Part shown: in pieces, positions 48,534 through 58,935 of the stretch
Numbering within the stretch: position 1 is the first letter of the stretch
How the letters are laid out: the number at the start of each line of letters is the position of its first letter
NCBI GenBank assembly: GCA_963664795.2
Contig: CAXXYJ010000077.1
Span: forward strand, 6,727 to 70,726
DNA from: Chloroflexota bacterium
Lineage (GTDB): Bacteria > Chloroflexota > UBA11872 > VXNJ01
DNA length: 64,000 nt
Direction of reading: 5' to 3'
Made by a program: the position numbers and the translations under genes
The notes under the pieces: model-generated
Seen by the model: only the letters and a program-made list of their open reading frames with translations
The model's database searches: none
What the model was told of the DNA's origin: nothing

Positions 48534-49124
48534 CTAGGCCAGGGTCCCGAGGGCGGCGCTGATCTGCTGCTCGACCGTCATCCCGGGTTTGGCGCCGGCC
48601 TCCAGCGCGTCGACCGCCACCGCGCGGGCGTATCCGAGGCCCTCCAGGACCGCCAGCGCCTCCTCGGCGTCGTCGATCTTCCCGCCCGGCTGCAGCGCAC
48701 CGGCGAACTCGGCCTCGGAAAGCTTGCCTTTCAGGTCGACGACGATGCGCGAAGCGGCCCGGGCGCCGACGCCGCTTACCGACCGCAGCGTTTTTTCGTC
48801 ATCGCCGTTGACGGCCGAAACTATCCGCCGCGGCGACAGATCGGAGACGATTCGCTGGGCCAGCCTGGGCCCGATCCGCGGCACGGTTAGCAGGAGGGTG
48901 AAGACCTTGAGTTCGGCTCCGTCGTCGAACCCGAACAGCTCCGGGCCGGCGTCGCCCACGTGCAGGTGGGTCGGGAAGTCGGCGGCGTCACCGACCTTGA
49001 CCCGGTTCAGCAGGCTCCGGCTCACCGAAGCCCGCAGGACGATGCCGACGCCTTCGGGCTGCAGCTCGACCAGGGCGCTGTCGGGATCGGCGGCGCGGAC
49101 CGTGCCGCGGACTTGGGAGATCAA
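48534..49124 (-). CDS. ruvA: Holliday junction DNA-binding protein RuvA
   Basis: MISQVRGTV..., HhH motifs LLTVPRIGPRLAQRI and LRSVSGVGARAASRI. Confidence 0.93.
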   Translation of the reverse strand: MISQVRGTVRAADPDSALVELQPEGVGIVLRASVSRSLLNRVKVGDAADFPTHLHVGDAGPELFGFDDGAELKVFTLLLTVPRIGPRLAQRIVSDLSPRRIVSAVNGDDEKTLRSVSGVGARAASRIVVDLKGKLSEAEFAGALQPGGKIDDAEEALAVLEGLGYARAVAVDALEAGAKPGMTVEQQISAALGTLA

Positions 49125-49615
49125 GCTATTCGGCGGCTGAGGCCGCGCGCGATGTCTCGGTTGTGGATGTGGCAGATCGCCGCCGCCGCCGCATCGGAGG
49201 CGTGATCGGGCGTGATCGGCGCCTTGCGCCGCAGGATCCTGGTCAGCCAGTCCTGGACGTCTCGCTTCCCGGCGTTGCCGGAGCCGGTCACCGCCGCCTT
49301 GATCTGGGTGGGGGTGTACTCGGCAATCTCCAGGCCGTGCTGGTGGGCGGCCAGGGTGACCACCCCGCAGGCGCAGAAGACCGCGGCGGCGTTGGTCACG
49401 TTCTTGACGAACACCTGCCGCTCGAGCGCCAGATCGGTGACCGGATGGCTCGCAAGGATCTGGCGCAGCCCCTTATCGATCGCCTCAAGCCGTTCGCCCA
49501 GGCTGCTGCGGCGCGGCGAGTGGATTACCCCCGCATCGACCAGGGTCGGCTGCGCGTCACCGCTCACGAGCGCCCAGCCGAGGTTGGCGGTCCCCGGGTC
49601 GATGCCCAGGGTCAG
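49121..49615 (-). CDS. ruvC: Crossover junction endodeoxyribonuclease RuvC (probable CTG start)
   Basis: The tracked ORF starts at GTG 49567, but the catalytic N-terminus LTLGIDPGTANLGWALV lies in frame upstream. The only start-like codons after the in-frame TAG are ATT and CTG (49615). Confidence 0.85.
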   Translation of the reverse strand: MTLGIDPGTANLGWALVSGDAQPTLVDAGVIHSPRRSSLGERLEAIDKGLRQILASHPVTDLALERQVFVKNVTNAAAVFCACGVVTLAAHQHGLEIAEYTPTQIKAAVTGSGNAGKRDVQDWLTRILRRKAPITPDHASDAAAAAICHIHNRDIARGLSRRIA

Positions 49616-49619
49616 GTCT

Positions 49620-50384
49620 TCAGCCGGCGGCGAAATCGGCTACCAGCTCGTCGGAGAGCTCGAGGTTGGATTCGACCTTGCGGACGTCGTCGAGTTCCTC
49701 CAGGGCGTCTATCAGCTTGAGCAGGGCGATTGAATCTCGGTCCGAGGCGGCGAGCGGGTTGGTGGCGACCCGGATCAGGTCGGACTGCTTCACCTCGAGC
49801 CCGGCTTCGACCAGGGAGCGGCGCACCGAATCCAGGTCCGAGGGGCCGGTCAGGATCGAGATCCGGTCGTCGGCCGCTTCCACGTCCTCGGCGCCGGCTT
49901 CGACCGCGGTCTCGAAGACCTCGTCGAAGTCCAGTCCGGCCGCCTCCACCAGGATCTGCCCCTGGTTCTCGAACAGCCAGGCCACCGACGCGGTGTCGGC
50001 CAACCGGCCGCCGGCGTCCTCCAGCGTGTTGCGGATCTGGGCCACCGAGCGGTTGCGGTTGTCGGTGATCACGTCGATGAGCAGGGCTATGCCGCCGGAA
50101 GCGTAACCGGCGTAGGTGATTTCCTCCATGTTGGCCGCGTCGCCCCCGCCGGCGCCGCGCGCGATGGCGCGCTCGATGTTGGCGTTGGGCATGTTCTCGG
50201 CCCTGGCCCGCTGCACCACCATGGCCAGCCGGTTGTTGTTTTCGATCACCTCGCCGCCGCTGCGCGCCGCGATCATGATCTCGCGCGCCAGCTTGGAGAA
50301 AATCTGGCCGCGCTTGGCGTCATTGGCGCCCTTTTTGCGCTTGATCGTCGACCATTTGGAGTGTCCTGACATGGCGGCGATCAA
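49620..50384 (-). CDS. yebC: YebC/PmpR-family transcriptional regulator
   Basis: MSGHSKWSTIKRKKGANDAKRGQIFSKLAREI. Confidence 0.95.
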   Translation of the reverse strand: MIAAMSGHSKWSTIKRKKGANDAKRGQIFSKLAREIMIAARSGGEVIENNNRLAMVVQRARAENMPNANIERAIARGAGGGDAANMEEITYAGYASGGIALLIDVITDNRNRSVAQIRNTLEDAGGRLADTASVAWLFENQGQILVEAAGLDFDEVFETAVEAGAEDVEAADDRISILTGPSDLDSVRRSLVEAGLEVKQSDLIRVATNPLAASDRDSIALLKLIDALEELDDVRKVESNLELSDELVADFAAG

Positions 50385-50479
50385 CTCCTCGGCGAATCAA
50401 TGAACTGCGGCTACCCATCAAGTTTATTGGCGCATGAAGTTGCCACAATTGTTGGGGTAATCGCGCAAATTTCTGACGG

Positions 50480-51019
50480 GTGACCTGCGTGGACGAGTCG
50501 GTGCAACCGCTATTGATCATCGTGCCAGCCGGCGGCTTGCTGGTATTTACTTTCATCACCCTGGCCAACCCGTTCGGCGCCCGGACGCGCGGTACCCAGG
50601 TCTTCTACATCCGCCTCGGTTTCATGCAGCGCGTTCTCGTGCTGCGCTGGCACGTGCTGGGCATCCTGGCGATCAACAGCGTGGCCGCCTTGCCGGGCCT
50701 GGACGCGCTAAATTCCAACCAGTACGGCCTCTATTCGTTCCTGATCCTGCTGGGGACGGTGGTGATGATCATGCTGCCGATGCGGTACCACTTCTTCGAC
50801 GAGGGATTGGCGGTTGGATCCGGCGGCCTGCGCGAGTGGACCGATTTCGCCTCCTATCACTACACCTCCGCCGGCGCCCGGCTGAGCCCGGCCGGAGGCG
50901 GCCGCGGCATGGTGCTGTACCTGACCGACGTTCAGCGCCGCGCGCTGCATCCGACCCTGGAACGCTACCTGGGCGGCCAGCGCGGGCGAACCGGAGCCCG
51001 ACCCCGCGGCGAGCGCTAG
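50480..51019 (+). CDS. Hypothetical membrane protein
   Basis: 179 aa, three hydrophobic helices then a soluble tail. No recognised motif. Confidence 0.45.
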   Translation: MTCVDESVQPLLIIVPAGGLLVFTFITLANPFGARTRGTQVFYIRLGFMQRVLVLRWHVLGILAINSVAALPGLDALNSNQYGLYSFLILLGTVVMIMLPMRYHFFDEGLAVGSGGLREWTDFASYHYTSAGARLSPAGGGRGMVLYLTDVQRRALHPTLERYLGGQRGRTGARPRGER

Positions 51020-52647
51020 CCGGCCGACGTTTCCGGCCCTGCCGAACCCGAACCCCCGTCGCTTTTCGCGATCGCGCTGCAGATCTGGTCGCGCAGGGAC
51101 CGCATGTCCTCGACCGCGGCGGCTGTTACCTGCAGCGGATCGTAGCGCGCCCGGTTGAACGCGTCCGCCGCGGCCGCGACCGGTTCGGGTTCGATCCCCA
51201 GCTGATCGATCAAGCGTTGCCCGAATTCGCGTGCGGTCAGGCTCGGCGGCCGGAACACCTGCGCCCGCTCGGCGGCGGCGATAACTTCGGCAAACGCCTC
51301 CCACAGCCGGTCCAGATTGGTCACCGGCGGCGGCGCGGCGCTCGGGACGGCCCGCGACTGGGCGGCCGCGATTTTTTCGGCCACGGCCCTGACCCCGGCC
51401 CTGCCCAGCGCGTAGGGGGCCACCGCCAGGGAACGCAGCAGGTTCCATAGGAAACCCAGAATCGCCAGGAAGAAATCAAGGTAGCGGGAGCCGCGGCCGG
51501 GCCGACCGGTGGCGAATGCGCGGCGGTAGACGAAATAGAGCGCGATGGTCAGCAGGGTGAACACGAACAGGCCCTGCAGGTAGGTGAACGTGATCGAATC
51601 GACGGTCTGGCCGAACATCTGCACCTGGCCGCGCGTGGTCTCGGTCACCAGGACGTCATCGATCTGCCCGAATAGCAGGGAGGCCAGGTAACTGGCCAGG
51701 GCCATCACGATGAATACCGGGATGGTCACGATCTGCCAGGCGATGACCACGCCCTTGAGCAGGTATCCGCCGAAATATTCCATGTTGGGAATGAAGAACG
51801 CCGGCAGCGAACTGGCCACCAGCAACCCCAGTCCGATCACGAGCGCGCTCGTGCGCAGCCACACCGGCGCGACCGCATCCGACACCCTGGTGCCGGCCTC
51901 GCTCCAACCGGCCCGGTTGCGGGCGTAATTGGCAAAGCTCAAGGTCGCAAACATGAACAGGAAATAGGCAAAGACCACCGGCAGCTGCACCGCCCGCTCA
52001 ATCAGCGCGGCTTCCTGGCCGCGCAGCGCCGTCGGCAAGAGGATCAGGATGGCGGCGATCGTGGCGACCAGGATCGCCCCGACCAGGGCCCCGATGCGGA
52101 TCTGCTCGACCGCCTGGGTGCGCGGGATCACCAGCGCGCGCGCGGCCTGCCAGGTGTAGAAATCGGCGGTATCGCGCGGCGGGGGACTGCGGTCCTCCAC
52201 GTAGCAGAGCGAATTTACCGAATCGGCCATGGCCGCGGCGATGAACCACGCCGCCGAAAGGGTGCCGAAGAGGATTACCGACTCGAGCGAAAAGATGATC
52301 CCGCGCAGGCCCGCAAACAGCGGCTCCAGGCCGGCGCCGGGGTCCAGTTCCACGAAGGCGCCGGTCACGATCCGCACCACCGCTACCGCCGGCAGGGTGA
52401 AGCCCATCCAGTCCCGCCACGTGACCGGCGCGCGCACGTCGCGCTCGGCTATCGCGGTCATGTGCAGGCGCAGGCCAAAGATCGCCACCGCCGTGATCGC
52501 GGCGGTGAAGGCGAATACCGGTTCGCCGCTGAACTGCCAGCTGAGGAACGCGAAATTGGTCATGAAGGTGGCGACCAGGGCCACCAGCAGCGCGCTTAAG
52601 GCATAGCGTTCAAGATGCCGGCCGGAGCCGGCGGCCCCAATTCGCAT
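51016..52647 (-). CDS. Polytopic membrane protein with C-terminal DUF4129-like domain (third gene of the MoxR operon)
   Basis: At least eight TM helices. C-terminal LTAREFGQRLIDQLGIEP...ADAFNRARYDP resembles DUF4129. No transglutaminase Cys-His-Asp core seen. Start uncertain: ATG 52647 chosen, the tracked ORF starts at 52686. Confidence 0.6.
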   Translation of the reverse strand: MRIGAAGSGRHLERYALSALLVALVATFMTNFAFLSWQFSGEPVFAFTAAITAVAIFGLRLHMTAIAERDVRAPVTWRDWMGFTLPAVAVVRIVTGAFVELDPGAGLEPLFAGLRGIIFSLESVILFGTLSAAWFIAAAMADSVNSLCYVEDRSPPPRDTADFYTWQAARALVIPRTQAVEQIRIGALVGAILVATIAAILILLPTALRGQEAALIERAVQLPVVFAYFLFMFATLSFANYARNRAGWSEAGTRVSDAVAPVWLRTSALVIGLGLLVASSLPAFFIPNMEYFGGYLLKGVVIAWQIVTIPVFIVMALASYLASLLFGQIDDVLVTETTRGQVQMFGQTVDSITFTYLQGLFVFTLLTIALYFVYRRAFATGRPGRGSRYLDFFLAILGFLWNLLRSLAVAPYALGRAGVRAVAEKIAAAQSRAVPSAAPPPVTNLDRLWEAFAEVIAAAERAQVFRPPSLTAREFGQRLIDQLGIEPEPVAAAADAFNRARYDPLQVTAAAVEDMRSLRDQICSAIAKSDGGSGSAGPETSAG

Positions 52648-53845
52648 AGTCCTCCCGGTCGGTGGCCACGAAGGCGTTGATCGCAACGCTGCTGGCCTTG
52701 GCCCGGGCCGCAGCGGCGTGTTCGGGGTCGGAATAGATCACCATCACCTTGTGGCCCTGGCGCTGCATGCGCTTGAGCATCGGCAGGTGGTCGGTCCGGC
52801 CGCCGGCGAACATGACGATGGTCGACCCGAAACTCAGGCGCGCCAGATGGTTGCGAACCTGGGCCGAGAAGTCGGCGCGCGGCAGCATCGCCGATCGGGC
52901 CAGCATTTCCAGGATTCCCATCAGGTGGCGTCGGCCGCGCCCGATCGGGACGCTCGGATTGCGCAGCTGGCGGGTGCGCATGGCGATCTGGGCGACCGGC
53001 CGCGAAATGACTTCATTGCGGTCGAGCCCGTTCACGATCAGGCCGACCGCCTGGCGGCGCTCGATCAGGGTGTTGGCAAATGATGCCGCCCCGGTTATGG
53101 ACAGCTCGGTGGCGTAGGGGGCCCAGCCGCTGGAGTATTCGTTCGGATTGAGGTCCACGACCAGCAGGACCTCGTGACTGACCGCGGGTTGCAGCTGCCG
53201 GACAAGGAGTTGCCCGCGCGCTGCCGACGCCTTCCAGTTGATCAGCCGCGGGCTGTCGGAGGGCACGTACTCGCGTACTCCCGCCACCCGGCTGGGGTCT
53301 TCGTAGATGCGCACCGCCGAACGCTCCGTCCCCATCGGCGTCGTGGAGGGCAGGCCCAGGTCGGGAATCGGGATGATGCGCGGGTAGACGTACTTGCGTT
53401 CACCTTCGCGGATTCTGCCCTCGCGGCGGTGAATTCCGAAAACGTCGCCGTAGGTAATCTGCAGCGGACCGAGCAGGTAAACCCCGCGCTGCCCGCCGGT
53501 TATCTCGTAGCGGTAGCGCCGCTTGGAGCGCGGCGGCAGCGCCACGGCCAGGTCGAGGGCGTCGCGGTGCCCCAGCTCCACCGGGATCTGCTCGTTCAGG
53601 TTCAGCCAGGGGACGGGCAGCCAGTTCCGGTTCTCAACCACCAGCTCGACGGTCGAGGTCTCGCCCAGGAACGAACGCTTTTGGAATTCGCGCCGGATCC
53701 GCAGACCGGGACCGGCCAGCCGGATCCAGACCAGGTTGGCCAGGTAAAGGCCGATGAAAAGGTAGGCCAGCAGGAAAAAATCCGACAGGCGCGAGGCCAG
53801 GGCCACGACCACGAGGGACAGGGCCACGAAGACCGCGGTGATCAT
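52610..53845 (-). CDS. DUF58-family protein (VWA-like MoxR partner)
   Basis: Two N-terminal TM helices. VREYVPSDSPRLINWKASAARGQLLVRQL...LLVVDLN. Confidence 0.85.
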   Translation of the reverse strand: MITAVFVALSLVVVALASRLSDFFLLAYLFIGLYLANLVWIRLAGPGLRIRREFQKRSFLGETSTVELVVENRNWLPVPWLNLNEQIPVELGHRDALDLAVALPPRSKRRYRYEITGGQRGVYLLGPLQITYGDVFGIHRREGRIREGERKYVYPRIIPIPDLGLPSTTPMGTERSAVRIYEDPSRVAGVREYVPSDSPRLINWKASAARGQLLVRQLQPAVSHEVLLVVDLNPNEYSSGWAPYATELSITGAASFANTLIERRQAVGLIVNGLDRNEVISRPVAQIAMRTRQLRNPSVPIGRGRRHLMGILEMLARSAMLPRADFSAQVRNHLARLSFGSTIVMFAGGRTDHLPMLKRMQRQGHKVMVIYSDPEHAAAARAKASSVAINAFVATDREDYANWGRRLRPAS

Positions 53846-54831
53846 GAGGCGGCGGCCGGCGCCAGTTCGACTTCCGCGGACCCCAGGACCTGATCGACTA
53901 CCTGGGCCGGGGTGACCCCGCGCACGACCGAGTCCGGTTCAAGCAGCAGTCGGTGGGTGATGACGTAGGGCGCGATCTCCTTGACGTCGTCCGGGGTGGC
54001 GAAGTTCTCCCCGGCCAGGACCGCCTTGGCCTGCGCGGCCTGGAAAAGGGCCAGCGCGGCGCGGGTGCTGGCGCCGATCGACACCGCCGGGTGGGCGCGC
54101 ACGCTGTTGATCAGCCCGACGAGGTAATCGGCGACCGAATCGTCGACGTGGACCTGGCCCACCTGGTCCTGCAGGGACTTGAGCTCATCCAGCTCGGCTA
54201 CCGGCTCCAGGGAGTCGATCGGGTGGCCGGCGCGCTGGCTGTAAAGGATCGCGACCTCTTCCGAGGGCTGCGGGTAACCGAGCGCGGTGCGCATGAAGAA
54301 CCGGTCCAGCTGGGCCTCGGGCAGCGGGAACGTCCCCTCGAACTCGACCGGGTTCTGGGTGGCCAGAACCATGAACGGGTCGGGCAGGGGGCGGGTCTGG
54401 CCCTCGATCGAAATCTGGCGCTCGCCCATGCACTCGAGCATCGCAGCCTGGGTTCGCGGCGTGGCCCGGTTGATTTCATCGGCCAGCAGGACGTTGGTAA
54501 AGACCGGCCCGGGCCGGTAGTCGAACTCCAGTTTCGCCGAGTCGAAAACCGCCACGCCGGTGATGTCGTTGGGCAGCAGGTCGGGGGTGAACTGGATGCG
54601 GGCGAAGTTCCCGCCGAGCGAGACCGCCAGCGCGCGCGCAAACATAGTCTTGCCGGTTCCGGGCACGTCTTCCAGCAGGACGTGGCCGCGGCAGAGCAGC
54701 GCGATCAGCACGCGCTCGATTTCGGTGCGCTTTCCGATTACGACCTTGGAGACGTTGTCAGTGATGCGTGCGGCGAAATGCTGAAAATGTTGCGGGTTCA
54801 ATGTTGCAATCTCGTGTGCGGGAAACCCCAT
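53842..54831 (-). CDS. MoxR-family AAA+ ATPase
   Basis: From ATG 54831: HVLLEDVPGTGKTMFARALA (Walker A), LLADEINRATPRTQAAMLE (Walker B), FPLPEAQLDRF. Confidence 0.9.
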   Translation of the reverse strand: MGFPAHEIATLNPQHFQHFAARITDNVSKVVIGKRTEIERVLIALLCRGHVLLEDVPGTGKTMFARALAVSLGGNFARIQFTPDLLPNDITGVAVFDSAKLEFDYRPGPVFTNVLLADEINRATPRTQAAMLECMGERQISIEGQTRPLPDPFMVLATQNPVEFEGTFPLPEAQLDRFFMRTALGYPQPSEEVAILYSQRAGHPIDSLEPVAELDELKSLQDQVGQVHVDDSVADYLVGLINSVRAHPAVSIGASTRAALALFQAAQAKAVLAGENFATPDDVKEIAPYVITHRLLLEPDSVVRGVTPAQVVDQVLGSAEVELAPAAAS

Positions 54832-54866
54832 CAGACCGGGGTCGAACTGCGCGTGGTGCCAAGGTG

Positions 54867-56441
54867 ATGCCAGCCGAAACTTTCGAGAACAATCAACCCG
54901 CACCGCCAAAGCGCGACTGCGACCTTCTGATCGTGGGCACGGGCCTGGCCGGGCTGGTTGCGGCGCTGGCGTCGGCACCGCACTTGCGTGTCCTGATTAT
55001 CACCAAGGCCACGATTGACGAGTCCAACACCTACTACGCCCAGGGCGGGATCGCGGCCGCGCTGGGCACCGACGATTCGCCCGAACGGCACTTCCAGGAC
55101 ACGATCAGCGTCGGGGCCGCGATTTCGAATCGCTCCGCGGTAAGGGCCCTGGTCGACAGCGCTCGCGACGCCATCACCGAACTTATCGCGCACGGGGTCG
55201 CGTTCGATACAAAGGGCGACCAATTGGCGCGCGGGCTGGAAGCGGCCCACTCGGTACCGCGGATCCTGCATTCCGGCGGCGCCGCCACGGGACTTGCGAT
55301 CCAGACCGCCCTCTCCGCGGCTGCGCGTTCCAGTTCGATCGAAATCGTCGAAAACGCGCAGATGCTGGACCTTTTGCTGGAGGACGGGCGCTGTTGCGGC
55401 GCGCGCGTGCTGACGACCTCGAGCGGCGAACAGTTCGAGTGCCGGGCGCCGGTCACGGTGCTGGCCACCGGCGGCGCCGGGCGCCTGTATGCCCGGACCT
55501 CGAATCCCTCGATCGCCACCGGTGACGGGATCGCGGCCGCGCTGCGCGCCGGCGCGGTCGTGACCAACCTCGAATTCATGCAGTTTCACCCGACCGCGCT
55601 GGACATGCCGGGACGGCCGGCGCACCTCCTCTCGGAAGCGTTGCGCGGATCCGGCGCCACCGTGGTCGACCGCAGCGGCCGGCGGTTCCTGGCCGACGCC
55701 GACGAGCGGGCCGAGCTCGCTCCCCGCGACGTGGTGGCGCGGGCGATCGCCCGGCGCCTGCGGCGGACCGGTCCCGGCGGGGTGCTCCTGGACGCCCGCG
55801 GCATTTCCGGCGGGCCTCCCTCGGTCAAGTTTTCGGCGCTGTGGCGGACGCTCTCCGACTTCGGGCTGGACATGGACCGGGAGCCGGTCCCGGTTTCGCC
55901 GGTCGCGCACTATCTGATCGGCGGGATACGGACCGACGATTTCGGCCGCAGCAGCCTGCCGGGACTCTACGCGGCCGGCGAGACCGCATCGACCGGCGCC
56001 CACGGTGCGAACCGCCTGGCCTCGAATTCGCTGCTCGAGGCAGTGGTATTCGCCCGGCGGGTCGCCGAGCTGGTGACCAGCGACGCCGACTGGCGGGGCT
56101 GGGAATTCACGCCGGCCCGCCCGATAGCGGTCGATGCCGATCCGATGGATTTCGAGCGCTCGAGGCTGCAGGAGGTGATGTGGCGCAAAGTGGGAATCTT
56201 CAGGAGCGGAGCGGGCCTGGAGGGGGCCGCCGACGAGCTGGCCCGCATGGCCGCCCGCCCGGCGGCAATGGATCGGGCCGACCAGGAATCGGCCAACCTC
56301 GCCGTCGTGGGCCTGATGTCGGCCCGCGCCGCCCTGGACCGCACCGAGAGCCGGGGCACCCACTTCCGCAGCGATCACCCGGAGACCGATCCGGGGCAGG
56401 CGGTCGCCAACTCCTACCGTCTCGTCCGGAAGGCCGGATGA
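54867..56441 (+). CDS. nadB: L-aspartate oxidase
   Basis: From ATG 54867: DLLIVGTGLAGLVAAL, YAQGGIAA, HPTAL, RFLADA.ERAELAPRDVVARAI, GANRLASNSLLE. Confidence 0.93.
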   Translation: MPAETFENNQPAPPKRDCDLLIVGTGLAGLVAALASAPHLRVLIITKATIDESNTYYAQGGIAAALGTDDSPERHFQDTISVGAAISNRSAVRALVDSARDAITELIAHGVAFDTKGDQLARGLEAAHSVPRILHSGGAATGLAIQTALSAAARSSSIEIVENAQMLDLLLEDGRCCGARVLTTSSGEQFECRAPVTVLATGGAGRLYARTSNPSIATGDGIAAALRAGAVVTNLEFMQFHPTALDMPGRPAHLLSEALRGSGATVVDRSGRRFLADADERAELAPRDVVARAIARRLRRTGPGGVLLDARGISGGPPSVKFSALWRTLSDFGLDMDREPVPVSPVAHYLIGGIRTDDFGRSSLPGLYAAGETASTGAHGANRLASNSLLEAVVFARRVAELVTSDADWRGWEFTPARPIAVDADPMDFERSRLQEVMWRKVGIFRSGAGLEGAADELARMAARPAAMDRADQESANLAVVGLMSARAALDRTESRGTHFRSDHPETDPGQAVANSYRLVRKAG

Positions 56442-57313
56442 CGGCGGCCGACGCGGCGGCCCATGTCCGCGCCTGCGGGCTGGACCCGGACCCGGTCATC
56501 GCCTTCTTCAAGATGATCCTGGCCGAGGACATCGGCGCCGGCGACGTGACCTCGGCGGCGGTGTTCCGGCGCAGCCGGCAGGGTTCGTTCAAGGTTCGGG
56601 CCAAGCGCGGAGGGGTACTGTCCGGCGGTCCGTTGGCGGCGGCCCTGCTGCTGACCCATGATCCCGATCTCGATATAGGGTTGGCGGTTCCCGAGGGATC
56701 GCGGCTGCGGTCCGGCGACATCCTGCTCAAAGTCTCAGGATCGGTTCGATCGATCCTGGAAGGCGAGCGGGTGGCGTTGAACCTGCTGGGCCGTCTCAGC
56801 GGAATCGCAACGCTCACCTCCCAATACGTCGCGGCGGTAGCCGGCACCCGGGCCAGGCTGCTTGACACCCGCAAGACCGGTCTCGGCACCCGCAACCTGG
56901 ACAAGTACGCGGTCCGCTGCGGCGGCGGGAACAATCACCGCATCGGGCTCTTCGACGCGGTGCTGGTAAAGGACAACCACATCGCCGCCGCCGGATCGAT
57001 CACCGCCGCGGTCGCGGCGCTGGAGCGGTCGGGTTGGCCGCCTTCGGATGTCGAGATCGAGTGCGACTCGCCGGCCCAGGTCAGGGAGTGTCTCGACTGC
57101 GGGGTGGGCATGGTCCTGCTGGACAACATGACCCCGGATCGCCTGGCCGAGATGGTGGACCTTGTCGCCGGGCGCTGCCGGCTCGAGGCCTCGGGCGGAG
57201 TGAACTTGGAAAACGTCGCTGCCGTCGCCGCCAGCGGCGTCGACTACGTATCGGTCGGCGCGCTGACCCATTCGGCGCCGGCGCTGGACGTGGGCCTGGA
57301 CGCCGAAGATTGA
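56438..57313 (+). CDS. nadC: Nicotinate-nucleotide pyrophosphorylase (carboxylating)
   Basis: ATGA overlap with nadB. EDIGAGDVTS, ERVALNLLGRLSGIAT, LDTRKTGLGTRNLDKYAVRCGGG.NHR, LVKDNH. Confidence 0.93.
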   Translation: MTAADAAAHVRACGLDPDPVIAFFKMILAEDIGAGDVTSAAVFRRSRQGSFKVRAKRGGVLSGGPLAAALLLTHDPDLDIGLAVPEGSRLRSGDILLKVSGSVRSILEGERVALNLLGRLSGIATLTSQYVAAVAGTRARLLDTRKTGLGTRNLDKYAVRCGGGNNHRIGLFDAVLVKDNHIAAAGSITAAVAALERSGWPPSDVEIECDSPAQVRECLDCGVGMVLLDNMTPDRLAEMVDLVAGRCRLEASGGVNLENVAAVAASGVDYVSVGALTHSAPALDVGLDAED

Positions 57314-57341
57314 CCGCCCGGGGCGGTCGACATTTGCCGAA

Positions 57342-57836
57342 TCAGGCCGCCCGCCCGCCGCGCTCGGCGGCCAGCAGCTTTTCCTTGAGGTCGGCTCCGA
57401 GGCGGTAACCGCCGATTCCGCCGCCGGCCGGCACCACGCGGTGGCAAGGAATCAGCACCAGCGCCGGGTTGGCCCCGACTGCGGACCCCACCGCGCGGGC
57501 GCTGGCGCCGGTCCTGCCCATCCGGACCGCCAGGTCCGCGTAGGTTATCGTTTCGCCCGGCTCGATCCCGGCGAGGGCGCGCCAAACTTCGCGTTGGAAT
57601 TTGGTGCCGGCCAGGTCCAGCTGCACCGGATCGCCGCCGTGCCCACGCAGCCGGGCCGTCAGCTCCTCCAGGCCGCGGCGCGCGTTGGCGGGGCCGGGTT
57701 CCCGGCCGCCGAGGACGGTGTCGACGCCGCCGACGGCCGAATTTCGGTCGCTGCCGCCGACCACCGCCGCGCAGACTCCGGCCGCGCTGGCTGAGACCGC
57801 GCACCAGCCCCAGCCGGCCACCCGGGCGGCGGCCAC
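57342..57836 (-). CDS. ogt: Methylated-DNA--protein-cysteine methyltransferase
   Basis: TKFQREVWRALAGIEPGETITY, LIPCHRVV active site. Confidence 0.9.
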   Translation of the reverse strand: MAAARVAGWGWCAVSASAAGVCAAVVGGSDRNSAVGGVDTVLGGREPGPANARRGLEELTARLRGHGGDPVQLDLAGTKFQREVWRALAGIEPGETITYADLAVRMGRTGASARAVGSAVGANPALVLIPCHRVVPAGGGIGGYRLGADLKEKLLAAERGGRAA

Positions 57837-57901
57837 GCCGTCCGGGGCAATCGTCGATTCAGCGTCGGGGACCGTCAGGGTTGCCCCGGCTCTCGATTCG
57901 G

Positions 57902-58849
57902 TCAGGCCGCCGAGGCTCCCGGGACCGCCACCGAATCCAGGATTTCGGCCACGGTCGTGCGGGTGTCGAGGTTCCGGATCCGCGCCGCCGGAGACGTGAT
58001 CAGGCGATGCGCCAGGACCGGCTCGGCCAGGTATTTGATGTCGTCGGGCACCACGTAGTCGCGGCCGCGCAACTCGGCCAGCGTTTGGGCTCCGCGGAAG
58101 AGGGCCAGGGCCGCCCGCGTGCTCCCGCCCAGATAGAGGTCGGGGTGCGAACGGGTGTTGCGGACCACGTCGACCAGGTACTCCCGTACCCGCGCGTCCA
58201 CGTAGACGTTGCGGACCGCGCCCTGGGCGGCTTCCAGTTCGGCGGCGCTGATCACCTGCCCGACCTCGTCGATCGGGTGGGCGTGCAGCTGCGATTCGAT
58301 GATCGCCAGCTCGGCTTCGCGGTCGGCATAACCCAGCGTGATTCGCATGAAGAACCGGTCCAGCTGCGATTCCGGCAGCGGAAACGTTCCCTCGTATTCG
58401 ATCGGGTTTTCGGTCGCCATTACCAGGAAAGGGCTCGGCAGGGCGTAGGAGGCCCCGTCCACCGTCACCTGGCGCTCGTCCATCGCTTCCAGCAGCGCCG
58501 CCTGGGTCTTGGGCGTGGCCCGGTTGACCTCGTCGGCCAGCACGATCTGCGCCTGGATTGGCCCGGCCCGGAATTCGAACTCCTGGGTCTTCTGGTTGTA
58601 GATCGAAACCCCGGCAATGTCCGACGGCAGCATGTCGGGAGTGAACTGGATCCGGGAAAACGTGCTGCCGATCGACTGGGCGAACGCCTTGGCCAGGGTG
58701 GTCTTTCCGACCCCCGGCACGTCCTCGATCAGGACGTGGCCCTGGCTGATCAGCGCCACCAGAACCAGTTCGACCTCGGCGTGCTTGCCGAGTATCACCC
58801 GCTCGACGTTGTCGATCACGCGGCGGGCAAGGTCAGTTTGGGACGCCAT
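57902..58849 (-). CDS. MoxR-family AAA+ ATPase (second copy, no DUF58/VWA neighbour)
   Basis: From ATG 58849: [72 protein letters not shown]. Confidence 0.9.
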   Translation of the reverse strand: MASQTDLARRVIDNVERVILGKHAEVELVLVALISQGHVLIEDVPGVGKTTLAKAFAQSIGSTFSRIQFTPDMLPSDIAGVSIYNQKTQEFEFRAGPIQAQIVLADEVNRATPKTQAALLEAMDERQVTVDGASYALPSPFLVMATENPIEYEGTFPLPESQLDRFFMRITLGYADREAELAIIESQLHAHPIDEVGQVISAAELEAAQGAVRNVYVDARVREYLVDVVRNTRSHPDLYLGGSTRAALALFRGAQTLAELRGRDYVVPDDIKYLAEPVLAHRLITSPAARIRNLDTRTTVAEILDSVAVPGASAA

Positions 58850-58935
58850 GCTATCCAGTTGTCGGGGAACCGCGCCGGGCGATTTTAGAGCCAGCCGGGC
58901 CGACCGGCCCAACCGGAAGGGGCCGGACTGGGCGG

